Of a DNA stretch of 64,000 bases, positions 40,683 through 53,500 are shown one piece after another. Source of the DNA: Callorhinchus milii (lineage: Eukaryota); contig NW_024704742.1 of assembly GCF_018977255.1 (NCBI RefSeq), positions 36,024,001 to 36,088,000 on the forward strand, read 5' to 3'. The notes below the pieces were generated by a model, which saw only the letters and a program-made list of their open reading frames with translations, did no database searches and was not told the DNA's origin. The translations under genes were made by a program, and so were the position numbers. Numbering within the stretch: position 1 is the first letter of the stretch; every line of letters begins with the position of its first letter.

Positions 40683-41060
40683 GGAGTCCTGCAGCCCAGT
40701 GGTTAGAGCGCTCGCCTCACAAGCAAGAGATCAGGGTTCAATTCCTGGCAGGGCGAAAAGTTGGGAAAGTTTCCATACACCACACGCCTCTGTTTACCTG
40801 CAGTAAGTAGGAACTTGGTTTGTTAGTCGATTGGAGGATTACTTTTATGGGGGTAATAATTCCTTCAAAAAAAATAATAAATTGATCATTCAATCCACGA
40901 CTGTTTGTGGGACACTGTTGTGCGCAATTGGCTGCCGCATTTCGCCCACAAAATATAAAGTTCATTCAGTTTACAGTATATTCTGTGAAGCGCTTTGGGA
41001 CATTTTGAAGATGTGATAAGGCGCTATATCAAATGCAAGGATTATGATTATTATTATTAT
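40683..41060 (+). mobile_element. SINE, long variant
   Basis: Full copy with the extra central segment. Confidence 0.88.
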
Positions 41061-42235
41061 AAATGTTAATTTGTATTGTATTGCATTGTCTAAATACTGC
41101 TACTGCTCAATCCCTAAATATGATAGTTCCCAATGATGGTGATAAAACAGAGTGAAAGCTGAGTGGATGTGTTTAATAAGGCTACAACTCCATTTGAGGT
41201 CTTCTGATGATGCCATAAAGTGCAGACACAAAGCTTGTGCATCGTTTGTGAGACAAAAGATGAGTGAGCTGCAGCCCTGACACACTCCTACCTTTTATTG
41301 TAGATGTTATACACAGAGTTCCTTTTTTCTTTCACTCATGATCCTGGAAATCCACATTTGCAGTTTGAGTTACATTTTTCATCACCGCTGACAATTTGGT
41401 TGTTCTAGTTTGTATCTCACGTCAATGTTTCAGATCATCAGTCCATTGCAGTCAGAAAGTTCCGGAATATTTTTTCCACTATTCTGCACTATGCGTTATG
41501 ATTTAATGTACTCCAGGTTTATTCCTATGCTACGCTGTCAGAAGTACTGTCTTTCCAATGAGCCATTAAACTGGGGTTCCATCTGACTGTTCAAGTGGAT
41601 GTTAAAGATCCCTTTACACTATTCAAAAAGAGAAGGGTCCTGCCCAATAATCCCCCAGATTAATTAATTGGTCATTAACCTCATTGCTGTTTATGGAACC
41701 TTACTGGTGGAAACTGCTGCCATGTATGCCTACAAAACAGTCACCACACTTGACAACACTTACTGTGAAGTGCCTCGAGACATTTCAACATGTCTATAAG
41801 TGCAAGTTCTTTCTTTCTATCACTGTACCTTACATTGTCTTTGTTCATCATGTGATACGAAGGGGTGGGTTTAACTGAAAAATAATACTGTACACAAAGC
41901 ATAACATTGCTCTCAGTTGTCCTACTGTATAAACAATAGTGGAAGATTTTCTTTCACAATATTTTATCAATGTCTGCATTCTCCTTTCAATACATATTAT
42001 TGTATTTCCCCTTAAAATGCTTGTTTTGGTAATTGTTCCACTTCAACAGAATAAACATCTCATTCATTCAGGTGAACAGTTAAATACACTTACAGTATCC
42101 AACAAGCCACACATTTTTTCTGCAATTAAAGCGAGTTATAGCATTTGTCATAGCGGCAAAATCAATTCAGGCAAGTTTTTTTTAAAAACACAGCAATCTG
42201 CTTTTAACAGATAAGATTAGGTCTTTTTCCACTTA

Positions 42236-42354
42236 CGTTTCGTCCGCAAAATATATCGTCAATTCACTTTACAGTATATTCAGTCAAGCGCTTTGAGACG
42301 TCTCGAAGACGTGATAAGGTGCTATATCAAATGCAAGGATTATTATTATTATTA
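42236..42354 (+). mobile_element. SINE 3' fragment
   Basis: Stem-loop and (ATT)n tail only. Confidence 0.8.
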
Positions 42355-42958
42355 CTCTGCACTTTAATTCAAATCCTAATAATAAATGAGTTCGCACGAA
42401 ACAACAACAAATTGCATTTTACTGCATGTATCTATAGAGCCTTTCACGTCGGGATGAGGTCCCCAAACATTCACTCTGAAAGTGCTGAAACTTTGGTCTC
42501 AAAAGCCAAAACAGCTATTTCACTCCGACAGAAAAGCAAAACAGAAAATGTGCAACTGCATCTCTTTAGCCTGTGTATAAACATCTACAACTGTTGCTGG
42601 AGAAGTCGTTGTATCAGATCTACCACAATTATAATGCAGGGGCATCCTGACTACATTGAATAAGAAGCTAAGCCAAGCTGCTGGTCAGTCTCACACACTT
42701 TCCTGCTCTCAGTTAGTTACCCTTCCTCAATCCCCACTAAAATGAGACTGCGAATCACAAGCCTCTTTGCCCTCCTCACCAACCTCCAGTTCACCCTCTT
42801 GACTGTCACACACATACCTGCAGATGGGCATCTGCAGAGCAAAGAGCAAGGCTTGTGCCCACCCCGTCTCACTGGCTCCACGCACACGCCTGACACCAGA
42901 GAGTGGGAGAGGGAGAGGAAAGGGAGCTAGCAGAAAGAGAGAGCAGGCATTACATTAC

Positions 42959-43400
42959 CTCGGTGCAAATGTACAGCTTCCGACCCCCAAAGCCACAGTT
43001 GTCACACTGAGCGGATTCCAATGCTGCAAGTGAAGCCCTGTCAAGGCAGCTTCAGTCTGAGCCTCATCCACTACCGAATGCCTCCCACCATTTCCTTCCT
43101 CACTGCCTCCCAGTGAATCTTGAGCAGCAGCTCACACAGCGCAGCTTTCTCTATTAAGGTCCACAAAAACAAGCCTCCCTCCACTGAGCACAGCAGACTG
43201 CGGCTCCTGTTGTGTGTGTTTCTCTCTTTTTTTGGCTCAGTGCACATGTGCTTGCTCCTGGCTTCCACCCACTTCAATGGAACACAAGCATTCCAGTGAG
43301 CGAGCGATTGAGTGAGTGAGTGAGTGAGTGGGTGATCCTGGAGGATGCTGAGACCAGCCTCCAAAGTGTTTATGCAAAGAAGGAGCACAACAGCTCTAGC
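42959..43400 (-). promoter_or_regulatory. Candidate non-coding first exon / promoter region of RASGEF1B
   Basis: Donor-like CCGAG|gtaatg at 42959/42958; locally GC-richer unique sequence; exon 2 begins with an acceptor only 6 nt before the ATG, so an upstream exon is required. Confidence 0.4.
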
Positions 43401-43521
43401 TGCCAGTGACCCACCCCCCACACACCCAGACGCACAAAGCAATTATATTTTACACAGCTGTAATCCTTTGAGGACTGCAGTGGCCCAATCCCTCCCCCAA
43501 ATAAACTTTTTTTTAAAACGT

Positions 43522-43549
43522 ACAACAACAACAACAACAACAACAACAA
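43522..43549. repeat. (ACA)n microsatellite
   Basis: Direct reading. Confidence 0.9.
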
Positions 43550-44383
43550 AGCAGTGCTGTGCATTCCTCTTGGGTTTCGTTAAAAGTGAATTTAACCAGT
43601 AAAATATGTTCACGGTCACCGCGTGTCGTTTTTATCACATGTTGCGATTTGTCGGTTTCGCTACTTCGTACACCACAGATACAACAACAAGAACAACAAC
43701 AACAAGTCGCAGTCATATAGCGCATTTCATGTGGGGTAAGGTCTCAGAGCGCCTAAAATTATCTCTGAATTTTTTAAGCTAAATTCTCTTCTAGCATTGC
43801 CACGCTGATGCTGCCAGCTCTGTGCTTGGGAAGAGCTAGAACAGCAATTTAAATCAGGAATTTTCATCATAACCTCAGCAAGATGTCCAGGCTTAGTCCT
43901 GGCACACTTTGGGCAAGGTTTTGTGTACTAGAGCTATCTCCCGTGCTGCTAGCCAGCTAGGCTCAATTCTAACCAGAAATAATTTGGGGGTGACATTTAA
44001 GATGTTACAACAACAACAATTTACATTAAGTTAGAACTTAAACGTGACGTCTCAAAATGCTTCACAAAGCTGACTGGGACCCTGAACTGAGGGGAAGAAG
44101 GGGGGAAGCTGAGGAGGTTGGGAGGGCAAAAGGTGACCAAAAGCATGGCTGAGAAAAGTATTTTGTAATGCATTCAGTGTGAAAATCAGCACCCCAAATG
44201 CCAGAAATGTCACCCCATTGCTGAAATGACAAAAACTAATGTGAGATGCGTATGATGAAAAAAAATCTAACTTTGATTTATTGCGTAAAATTAGATTCCC
44301 TTCAGGTTCGCAATTCCACTTCAAAGCGGAAGGACACACACAAGTCAAACTCAGAAGCGGGAAGGTGAACAATGCTGCTCAAT

Positions 44384-44835
44384 GAGCCCATCCAGAACCT
44401 TGGCATCTTATTTGATCCTCAACTGTCCTTTCTAATCCACATCTGTACCGTGACCTGCTCTGGGTTCCCCCACTTCTGCAACAACGGCAGGCTCTGCCAC
44501 TGCCTCACCCCTCAGGCCGCCAAAACCTTCAACTGCTCCCTCCGCTTAGCATGCTCCGGCCCACTCCACATTCTCCTTCAGCCTCGCTGCCCCCACTCTT
44601 TGGAACTCCACCCCACATTCCCTTCACCTTGCTCCCTCCCTTGCCTCCTTCACGGCACGTCTCAAGCCCCTTCTCTTCGACCGTGCCTTTGGCCACCCTC
44701 CCTGCCCTCCACCTTCCCTGATCCCAAATCCCCCACGGCTCTGGTCCAAATCCCTGACTGTTGAGCACCTTAGGACGTCCTCCCGACGTGAAAGGCACTA
44801 TACCAACATAATTTTGTATTGTATTTTGTATTATA
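44384..44835 (+). mobile_element. Internally deleted L2 3' fragment
   Basis: EPIQNLGILFDPQLSF followed by the 3'UTR stem-loop GGACGTCCTCCCGACGTGAAAGGC. Confidence 0.8.
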
Positions 44836-44949
44836 TTGCTCTGTAGCACATGGATAACAGGGAAAACACCAAGAGTTCAAAACTATATTCGGTAATCAAC
44901 CCTCTTCCCCCCTCCACCATTTCCCATCCTGCTTGAGCTCTCATCTCCA

Positions 44950-45465
44950 AGCATATCAAAGGATTGTACTGTGAAGTGTAGTGACTATTTTGTAAGCAAA
45001 TGCAGCAGCAAATTTGTCCACAGGAATGTCTGGCAAAACAGCCATGTTCAATTTTATTTGGGGGGATTAATGGTCAGGACACCAGTAGAAATTCCCTTCT
45101 CTTTTTGAATAGTGCCATGGGATTCTTTAATGTCCACCTGAACAAGAGGACGGGACCTTGGTTAACGTCTCGTCGAAGGAAGGCATCTTCTACAATGCAG
45201 CACACCCACAGCACTGCACTGAAGTGTTAACCTAGACTATAAGTTCAAAGTATTCTTCTTTTAGATCAAGACTGAGGACCTTCCCTTTCGACTGTGTTTA
45301 CGGCCAACTCATCCCTTTCCCCCAGTTCCGCCACTTTTCAGAGCTCTGTGACGCTGCCCGGGTGAAGGGTGCTACATAACTGCAGGATGCAATTCTTGTC
45401 GTAGGGATTGAGCCCACAACCCCTCAGTCAGAGGTGAGAGTGCTACCAACTGAGCCCAGCCTGAC
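44950..45465 (-). mobile_element. Older Deu-type SINE interrupted by an L2-like piece
   Basis: Body at 44950-45250, head GAGAGTGCTACCAACTGAGCCCAGCCTGACA at about 45400-45465. Confidence 0.65.
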
Positions 45466-46525
45466 ACCTTATACAATGGGTTGCAGAAATACAACATTCC
45501 CAGCATTTTGAAAACTTGCGCAGAACACTTATAGAGCTGTAAACAAACATCCATTTCAGACCAGACGTCCAGTACCTATTGTAATGGCCGATATCTGTAA
45601 TTGAGTGTGGATTGAGAAGAGGAGGCTGAAAAAATTCTCTGTAACCAGAACTATCCCAGCATTTGCACATGTAACATGACCCCCACAGCTCAGATTCCAT
45701 ACTATGACAGTGATACTTCACTTGTGAGTGAGTAAACTTTGCCAATGTGCCAGACATGAATTTGAAATGCTGCAATTAACAGCACATTTTAAGTGAAACT
45801 CCCCAAGTGGTCACTATATCCAGGCACTAGAAATGCGCTGTTACTACAAAGTTTTTTGTGTGCCAGAGTTTCTATTTGTCTCAGTTCCCTCTTTTGTTAG
45901 GCAATCTGCGTGACATGCGTACAAATGCCACCTGACAGACTGAAAATCACCCTGTGAAAAGGAATAATTTGGCTATTGACAGACTCCCATTTATTCTGGC
46001 ATCTGCCAGTGCTTCACAACACTTAAATAAGCATTAAGACATTAAGCCGCCACATACACATGCTCGTTCCAAAGTTCAATAGTAACTTCTCTTGATAAAC
46101 CTCTAAAACATTCAGTTCATAAATTATACTCCACTAGTAGACCGGACTAATGTATTTTCCCCTCCTAAAACCAATCATTTCTGAAGTCTCCGGAAATTAA
46201 TTTTACTGACTGTAACGAGACTGAAAACTATTCCAAGCCATAAATAATCCCCTTTCAGATAAACAGCTGGGAACGCGGGGTCGTAGCACGGTTTTAACAA
46301 AAGAAATGCAAATACGGGATTTTAAAGCACTGTTCTCTCACAAATAAATTGCATAGGATTTGGGATTTTTTTGTATTGTCCTATTTGAGACATAAGGAAC
46401 CAGCCGATCACTATTAACTTGGCGGCTGGAGGTTACAATTTTGATGTTGGAGGGCAGAAAAGGGAGGAGGGTGGTCTGAAGGGTTTTAGAGAAAGTTGTG
46501 AGGGTTTCAAAGTTTTAAGGAAAAC

Positions 46526-46544
46526 GTGTGTGTGTGTGTGTGTG
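46526..46544. repeat. (GT)n microsatellite
   Basis: Direct reading. Confidence 0.9.
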
Positions 46545-46959
46545 CAGTGGGGGAGAAGGGACAGTTTTAAGCAGATGGCTTTTTGCATGTTGCAAGCTCC
46601 TAAATGCCCTCATCAGCCACCAATTTAAAAATGGCCTTTCCCTAATAATAATTGTGTGCCATTCATCCATTAGGATTCTAAGGAAGTAAAGAAACCTTGT
46701 AAAATCCTTTGAAATGTGTCCTGGATATATCGTGTAAAATGCAGCATAAAGCAACAGAATGACTATGAGTTTTCAGGGAAGACATATTACTGCAACATAA
46801 TCCCCTAAGAGCCCTGATTTCAGTTTACTAAGTATTTAATTTAGGTCAGCTTCAATGTAATTTATGATGGCGTTGCTTCAATTTTCTTTCATGTTTCAGT
46901 ATCTCAGTTGTCTGTATCCCATTACCCAAACACACCCTTCCCCCCATCCTTCTCTCACC

Positions 46960-47400
46960 AACCCCGTGAGGTCCCAAGCTGGACTTGAAGGACGTCCTTT
47001 CTTATGTTACAGGCCGAGAGGTCGGAGGTTGCCCTTGCACCTTGCTGATCTCCTTCAACATAGGTACAATGCCAAGCACTTCAGACGGACTGGATTCATC
47101 ACTGATTTATGCAAGCATTTCAATGTAAGCTTCGGTAACTTGAAACTTTCACAGAAGGCCACAGGCAGGACATTCAAAGAGATTCCAAAGCCTGCAGGGA
47201 AATCAGCAGCCACTTCATTGTGTAATTCACTTGTCTCTTCCATTAGTTTCAGCCTGTTGCAAAACAGGACGATGCCACCGAATTTAATCACCTACGCTCA
47301 TCCACAGCAAAGATATAAACCCTGTTCAACACCAGCCAAGAGTACAGGCTCTTGCAAGACTTGCCAAAGAAACAGTAACACACTTGAATATTTACAGTAG
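46960..47400 (+). pseudogene. Possible decayed hAT (GTF2IRD2/Charlie-like) transposase fragment
   Basis: VRSQAGLE...GFITDLCKHFNVSFGNLKLSQ resembles a recalled fish hAT C-terminal region; weak. Confidence 0.35.
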
Positions 47401-48761
47401 TTACTTGCTGTGCTTACGTCAAGGGTTCCCTCACTCAACCAATTTGCAACATATTGTGGATGTCATTTCAAACCATAGAAATATGGCTATCATTTTTGAA
47501 TTGTTTGCTTTTAGATGTAACTATGTTTCCCTTTATGACCCTATGTCGACAAGAGCCCTCCACATGCATCAATGCTGCGTGATCATCAGCAAAAACCCCT
47601 GTGATCTAAACGGTCAACAGTAAAAATCACTTAAAGCGTTTTAACACATCATTGAGATTTTATCAAAGTGGTTCACAGGATGTTACTGTTAAGTGTAGTG
47701 AGTGTGTATTTGTAGTCAAACATGGCATCCAGTTTGCGCACAGCCACGTCTCACAAAAAGCCATGAAGGAAGTGAATGATCAATCTTATCTGAGGAGGTC
47801 AGAGGGTTTTAATAGAGAAACGCCATTTATATTGTAGATAGTTTTTCTGGGGTCTTCCTGTATGAAGAATAGCCACACGGATAAAGTCCTGTAATGTGAT
47901 GGTTAGTCGCAAAACCCTAAGTCAGCAAAGATTAGCCTTCGGGAGCGGAGGAGAGGAGAAATCGGAAGGACGAGAAAAAGTGCAGTATGTACCCAGTGAT
48001 AATGGAGATAGCAAAATAAAATTGGGTACAGTGATCCGGCAAATCTGTTAAGCGAATGAAAACAGTTACTATGTGATTTAAATCGCAATAATGCTGATTC
48101 ATACGTCACATTTTCCACATTGTTACTTTGCCTGTAGAGGTTACTTTGCAACCTGTAATGTAAAGCAACTGATTTCCCAACACTGCATTATCCCACATCA
48201 ATTGAGGAGTTACATGCCTCTGTACTGAGGCTCCCTGTATCTCTTGGATGAAAAGTCCCAGTCCTGGATCGAGAAGTTTCAGTGCCGTTCTACACAAGGA
48301 CACAAACAAACACATGATGCCAATTGCCTACGTTTTCCAATATTCGTTTCCCAAATAAGGGTAATGAGAAAAGGGACTTTCAAGAGCAAAGTGGTCTGAT
48401 TTTCAGGCCATCTCACTGCCATTATTTCCATTTTATCAATCCCCAAAATAGATTTCCACAGTTTTTGCCTGTGCGCTGTCCATTTGATGTCGTCAAATCA
48501 CTGAAGTAATGATGTCACATGTTCTTCTCCCTAACCTACCTAACCTAGTCCTAATCTAACCTTAACCAGTCACATCACTTTATGGCTACTTGTGGGACAA
48601 AACATCTGCTGTGTTTGCCCACAATGGACACAATCACTCCACTTTGCAAAATATCCTGTGAAGCGCTTTGAGACATCTTCTGGATGTGAAAGGCACTGTA
48701 TCAAATGTGAGAAATATTATTATTATTAAGCCTAACCTAGTCCAATTTAACCCTAACCTTA

Positions 48762-49071
48762 GGGTGGAGTCCTGTATCTCAGTGGTTAGAGCACTCACCT
48801 TGCAAGCGAGACACCTGGGTTGAATTCCAGGCAGGGCGAAACCTTGGGCAAGTTTCCTTACTCCAATACCTAATAATAATCCCTCCAAAAAACAAACAAT
48901 AATAAATTGGTGATTTTCAATCCACGACTGTTTGTGGGACACTGCTGTGCGCAATTTGCTGCAGCGTTTCGCCCACAAATATACAGTCAATTCACTTTAC
49001 AGCATATTCTGTGAAGCGCTTTGAGACGTCTAGAAGACATGAAAACGCTATATCAAATGCAAGGATTATTA
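48762..49071 (+). mobile_element. Young SINE, short variant, with 8-bp TSD
   Basis: TAACCTTA at 48754-48761 and 49072-49079. Confidence 0.9.
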
Positions 49072-49723
49072 TAACCTTACAACATGCTGCAACTACCCAG
49101 CTCTTTCAGAATTACGGAGGCAAAATTCAAGATTGTAAAAGGGGTGAGCACAGAAAAGCAGCTCTGGACTCTCAGTGCATGGCACCAGAGTGACTGTAAG
49201 ATCAGCATTAGTTCCAATGTGTGGTTTTAGCAGCGAGTGTTAAAATATGGAGGAAACAAACAGGTCTGAGAACTCAAAAATAACCATTTCCTATTTGTCT
49301 ACTAATATTTATTTATTCATCATAGCCCTGGACAGAGTAAGATGGTTCGAAGCAGCAGTCAGTGCAATGACCTCAGTGAATCTGCTATGTTATTCCTTTG
49401 GGTGTTGAATATATTCCATCACCCTTTTAGCTGAATTAGGTCACTGCTTGGTCAGCACCACATTCCTCAATGACCTACTTCTCCAAGTGCTCTATTTGCT
49501 GATTAATACATGTTATGCTGCATTTTATTGTAGCAGACATTCATCTGGGCTGCCAATGATGTCAACTGCATCCCATTTGAACAGAAGTCTACAGCAGTGT
49601 GCTACAATCACTTGAAGCCACAAGTTTCTGAGTTAATATGACAGCACAGTGTACAGGAGACACTGTTACAACACAATGTATATGAGTCATGTTATAGGAC
49701 AATAAAGGAGGTATTGTTTAGAA

Positions 49724-50008
49724 CAGTGGTGGTCAACCTTTTTAATCGGCCAACAAAATAAATTTTCTTGACTGAATATTTCTCGCTTTATGCCATTAAT
49801 CAAGAAATATTCATCCAAGAAAAAGCTGGAAACAAAAGATCGATTTAAAAGAGACTTCCCAGACGAGTATGAATGTTTGGCGGGACACTTCTTGACGTCC
49901 CCATAGGTCACTTCTGCACTCCGAGACGCCATCCTGTGTGAAGGGCACTATATAAATGCAAGCTATGGTTGTTGTTCTGACACACGGGCCATGCGTTGGT
50001 TACCACTG
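49724..50008. mobile_element. hAT-type MITE
   Basis: TIR CAGTGGTGGTCAAC / GTTGGTTACCACTG (11/14) and perfect 8-bp TSD GTTTAGAA. Confidence 0.85.
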
Positions 50009-53000
50009 GTTTAGAAAATAGTACAGGGGATCTTAACTCTTAAACTCACAGAGGTCAGGTTGGTTTACGGTTCACTGTGCCCTTTAATCTCACTAAAGTT
50101 CATATTTCAAACCAGCCAACCCTGATTGCAGCAGACAGCAAGTTAAATTCTCTCTGCTTGTCCAGGTCAAGGCCACATGGACCAATATGTTAAGAGCAAA
50201 ACACCAGTGGTCAAGTCTCAAAGCGTTCTTCGGGGATCACATGGTAAAAAAGGAAACTAGGATTCCAATGGTCTTATGATATCAAATCAGGTTTAAGGCT
50301 TTGGCACCAGAGATAACAACAACATTATAAATATAATTTATTTTAAAATTTAGCGCTATGGATTATCAGTAATGAATTTTTTAAATCTGTAGGCTGTAGA
50401 GTAAGAAAGACTAGATCTGTGAACTAATCATTTGCCAATATGGATGTGAGGCCCTTTGATCTCAGGATGGCTTTGCTTAATCGAAATTAATTAAAATTAA
50501 TCCTCTCGGACCGCAGAGAGTTACCGGATCAAGCGTTAATGGGTTGATAGTAATCCAGGTATTAAGAAGAGGCATATCAGTGTGATGCTGAGGCATGTCA
50601 CCATTGTAAGTCACATCTAGGTGTTTGGATGTCAACAACTTACACTTATATAACACCTTCCATGCAGTTAAATGCTTCAAAGCGTTTACAGGGGTGGAAT
50701 GGGAACCTGAGCACAGTAGGAGATAGGGCAGGGTAGTCGAGACATGGCCGAAGGCACAGTTAAAGTTGTAGGTTTAGAAAATGGAGAAGGAGGATGCAAG
50801 GCAGATGGGCTTGGAGATAGGGTTTAAAAAGGTAGATGGAAAACCAAAATAATTAGCCCAAAAGAGCATTATTGATTTGTTACTTTGTTTAAGTTCATTA
50901 CGTCAGATCGCTGCAACTTCACTTCCAGCTTCTGGCACTAACTGACTAACTTCCGACGCATGGACACAGCACAAGACACTTGCAAGTGTTTTTAGCACTG
51001 GAAATGTTTGCGAGAAGAGTCGCGGTTAGCTGGCTGCTTCCTGTCTGCTGTGCGCATGTGCAGCAAACCAACCAGTCAGCATCAGAAGCAGGAAATGTGG
51101 GCCCACAAAATAGCTGTGCTATAAACAGACTTAGGTTAGACCGAGTCATGTTGTAATGAGCTCAGACTGTATTTCTTAACATAATGCAGTCAAGGAATCC
51201 CTCTAGAATTCCTGTCTGCCTGCAGGAATTCTACTCCAGAAGTAAACCGCATCAAAGTGGAGCTGCCGTGGGTCTTCTACTTACCGAAAGGAGTCCCCAA
51301 TTTGCACAACTCGGATTCCTTATTAAGCAATCTCATTATGAAATACCGTACTACAAATTGGGCCTTCGTGTCACTGGCCTCTACTATGCAGAGCCCAGAA
51401 GCTAGGAGCAAGAGAAAGGTTCAATCACATGTGCATGAAAACAATATATTATTTAATTCAATCTTGACTGTAGAATTTAAATATCTTGGCAGCAGATTAG
51501 CACAAAATGCTTTTAGAGGTTAGGCTTTTTCAGCTTTTAAGTACATTGGAGAAGTTGTCATTAGGGATCATGTGTTCAGCATTGCAGCTTAGAATTTTCA
51601 GAGGTTTGTATTGAGTACTGTACTATACTATATCAGTACTCTCAGTTTTCTGGTTAATTTCCAAATGGCACTGTTTCAAGGAGTATTTTAAGCAAATAGA
51701 AAATATTGACATAACTGAAATCCACAAGAAATCAATGACTGTTACTATTTACATAATGAAGATTTGCTTCCCTGTTAATACCAGCATTTCCAGACACCTC
51801 TAGATTGATTCTTCCTGTGAAAAAAACCGGACAATGGATTTTCACCAATCACCATTTAAAGTGGCCACAGAACTCCCTGCATATTTCCTTCTTTGTGTAT
51901 GGCAGCTGTATTCAGACAGGAAATAAAACATCTCTACAAGCTCAGCTGTTTTCTTTATCTCTTGACAATCACCACATTTGGCATACTAACTTTCATTTTA
52001 GTCATTCATAATTTTTTACTTTCCTATTTATTATCCCTAGGAATCCAGCACACAATCAGCTGTAGTGTTTGTCCTGCTATTCGTAGTAAACATGTTTTTG
52101 ACCTTGCAACTTGACTTGTAACTTAACTTACTTTATAGAATAATAGGAAAAGTACCTAAATCCCTCTTCTTACCCCCAAAATAGTTTGCCTTAACCCAAA
52201 GTATGCTTCTCCACGTTAACCCTATGCAATATGAGTTTAGTTAAGGTAACACAGATATAATAACCAACAGGTTTAAGTTAGGGGCTTATTTATTATTGAG
52301 TGCACTGAATGAACTAAGTATTTTGTACTCTTCCCACTTTCCCCATGCATTGGACTTCCAGCTCACAGATTGCAGCCTTCCAGGGTTGGTTTGGAGGATA
52401 CATCCAGGTCGAAATGCAAGTATTATTTATTCATGAGCTGAATAGTGAACAGATCGCTAAATTGACTCAGGACATTTATGATGATATGTAAGAAGCAAAA
52501 TAAATTTGGTAATATGCTACCGCAACTATGACCCAATAAATGTTTTCCCACGCTTGACACAGGCATAGGCTTTGTCTTTCTAAGTAGAATTATACCTGGA
52601 GAAGGGTTCATATTGTGTGTCATAATACCACAATAGCAATGTATTCTGAAATAGTGGCAGAGGTGTAACAAATCTTTGAAGAGAAGATGGTGAATATTTG
52701 AGTGAAAATTCTTTTTGAGGTTTGTTGAGTAAGACTGTGTACAAATGTTCATGTGCGTGTATTCAATGCACGTGCATAGGTGTAAATGTGAGCTACAGAA
52801 TCCATGTTTAAAGTGAGCAAGGCACACAAAGATCATGAGTCACACAATGCATGGCTTTCAAATACAGGGGATAAGTTAATTGGTCCATGTGCTGTCAAGT
52901 GGCAGGATACTGCCAATAGACAGGACCCATGAATCACAGAGCATAAACATACATATCTGGTACACACATCACCAATCCAATCCTGACATAATTATTAATC

Positions 53001-53380
53001 ACTGATTAATGTTGAGTGCCCGCTTACCCCTCGCATTGGAAACTAATTTGTGTTGGAGTTCATGAGCCCTGCTTAAATGCAAAATTAAATCTTATTCAGT
53101 GTCCAAACCCCTTCACCTGTTCTATTTCTTACCAGAATGACAACAAAAAGGTGGACTAATGCACCTCAGTTCAACAACGGCAACATGGTATCCTTAGTGC
53201 CAAATTCATAGATATGTACCTACACATGAAGACAAATTATAAGATGGACTCAGGATCAAATGTTTGTCGTAATACAGATAAACAGTGTTGTATGTATATT
53301 GTATTGGCCCAGATTTACTTATTTGGCCTCCAGGAAGTCAAAAATTGAATTTCTTAATCCGCATCATATGTGGTGAATAC

Positions 53381-53500
53381 TATCATAGAATTATAGAGCA
53401 CAGAAGGAGGCCATTCAGTCCATCGTGTTTGTGCCGGCTCTTTGTAAAGAGCTATCCAAATCAATCTCACTCCCTCGCTCACTCCCCATAGCCCTGCAAC
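53381..53500 (-). mobile_element. CR1 LINE 3' end fragment
   Basis: Antisense GACTGAATGGCCTCCTTCTGTGCT...TTCTATGA, typical of recalled CR1 3' ends. Confidence 0.65.

Noticed and set aside
50497..50548. piggyBac-like miniature TTAA..GGGTT element
   Set aside because: Termini too short and mismatched to support
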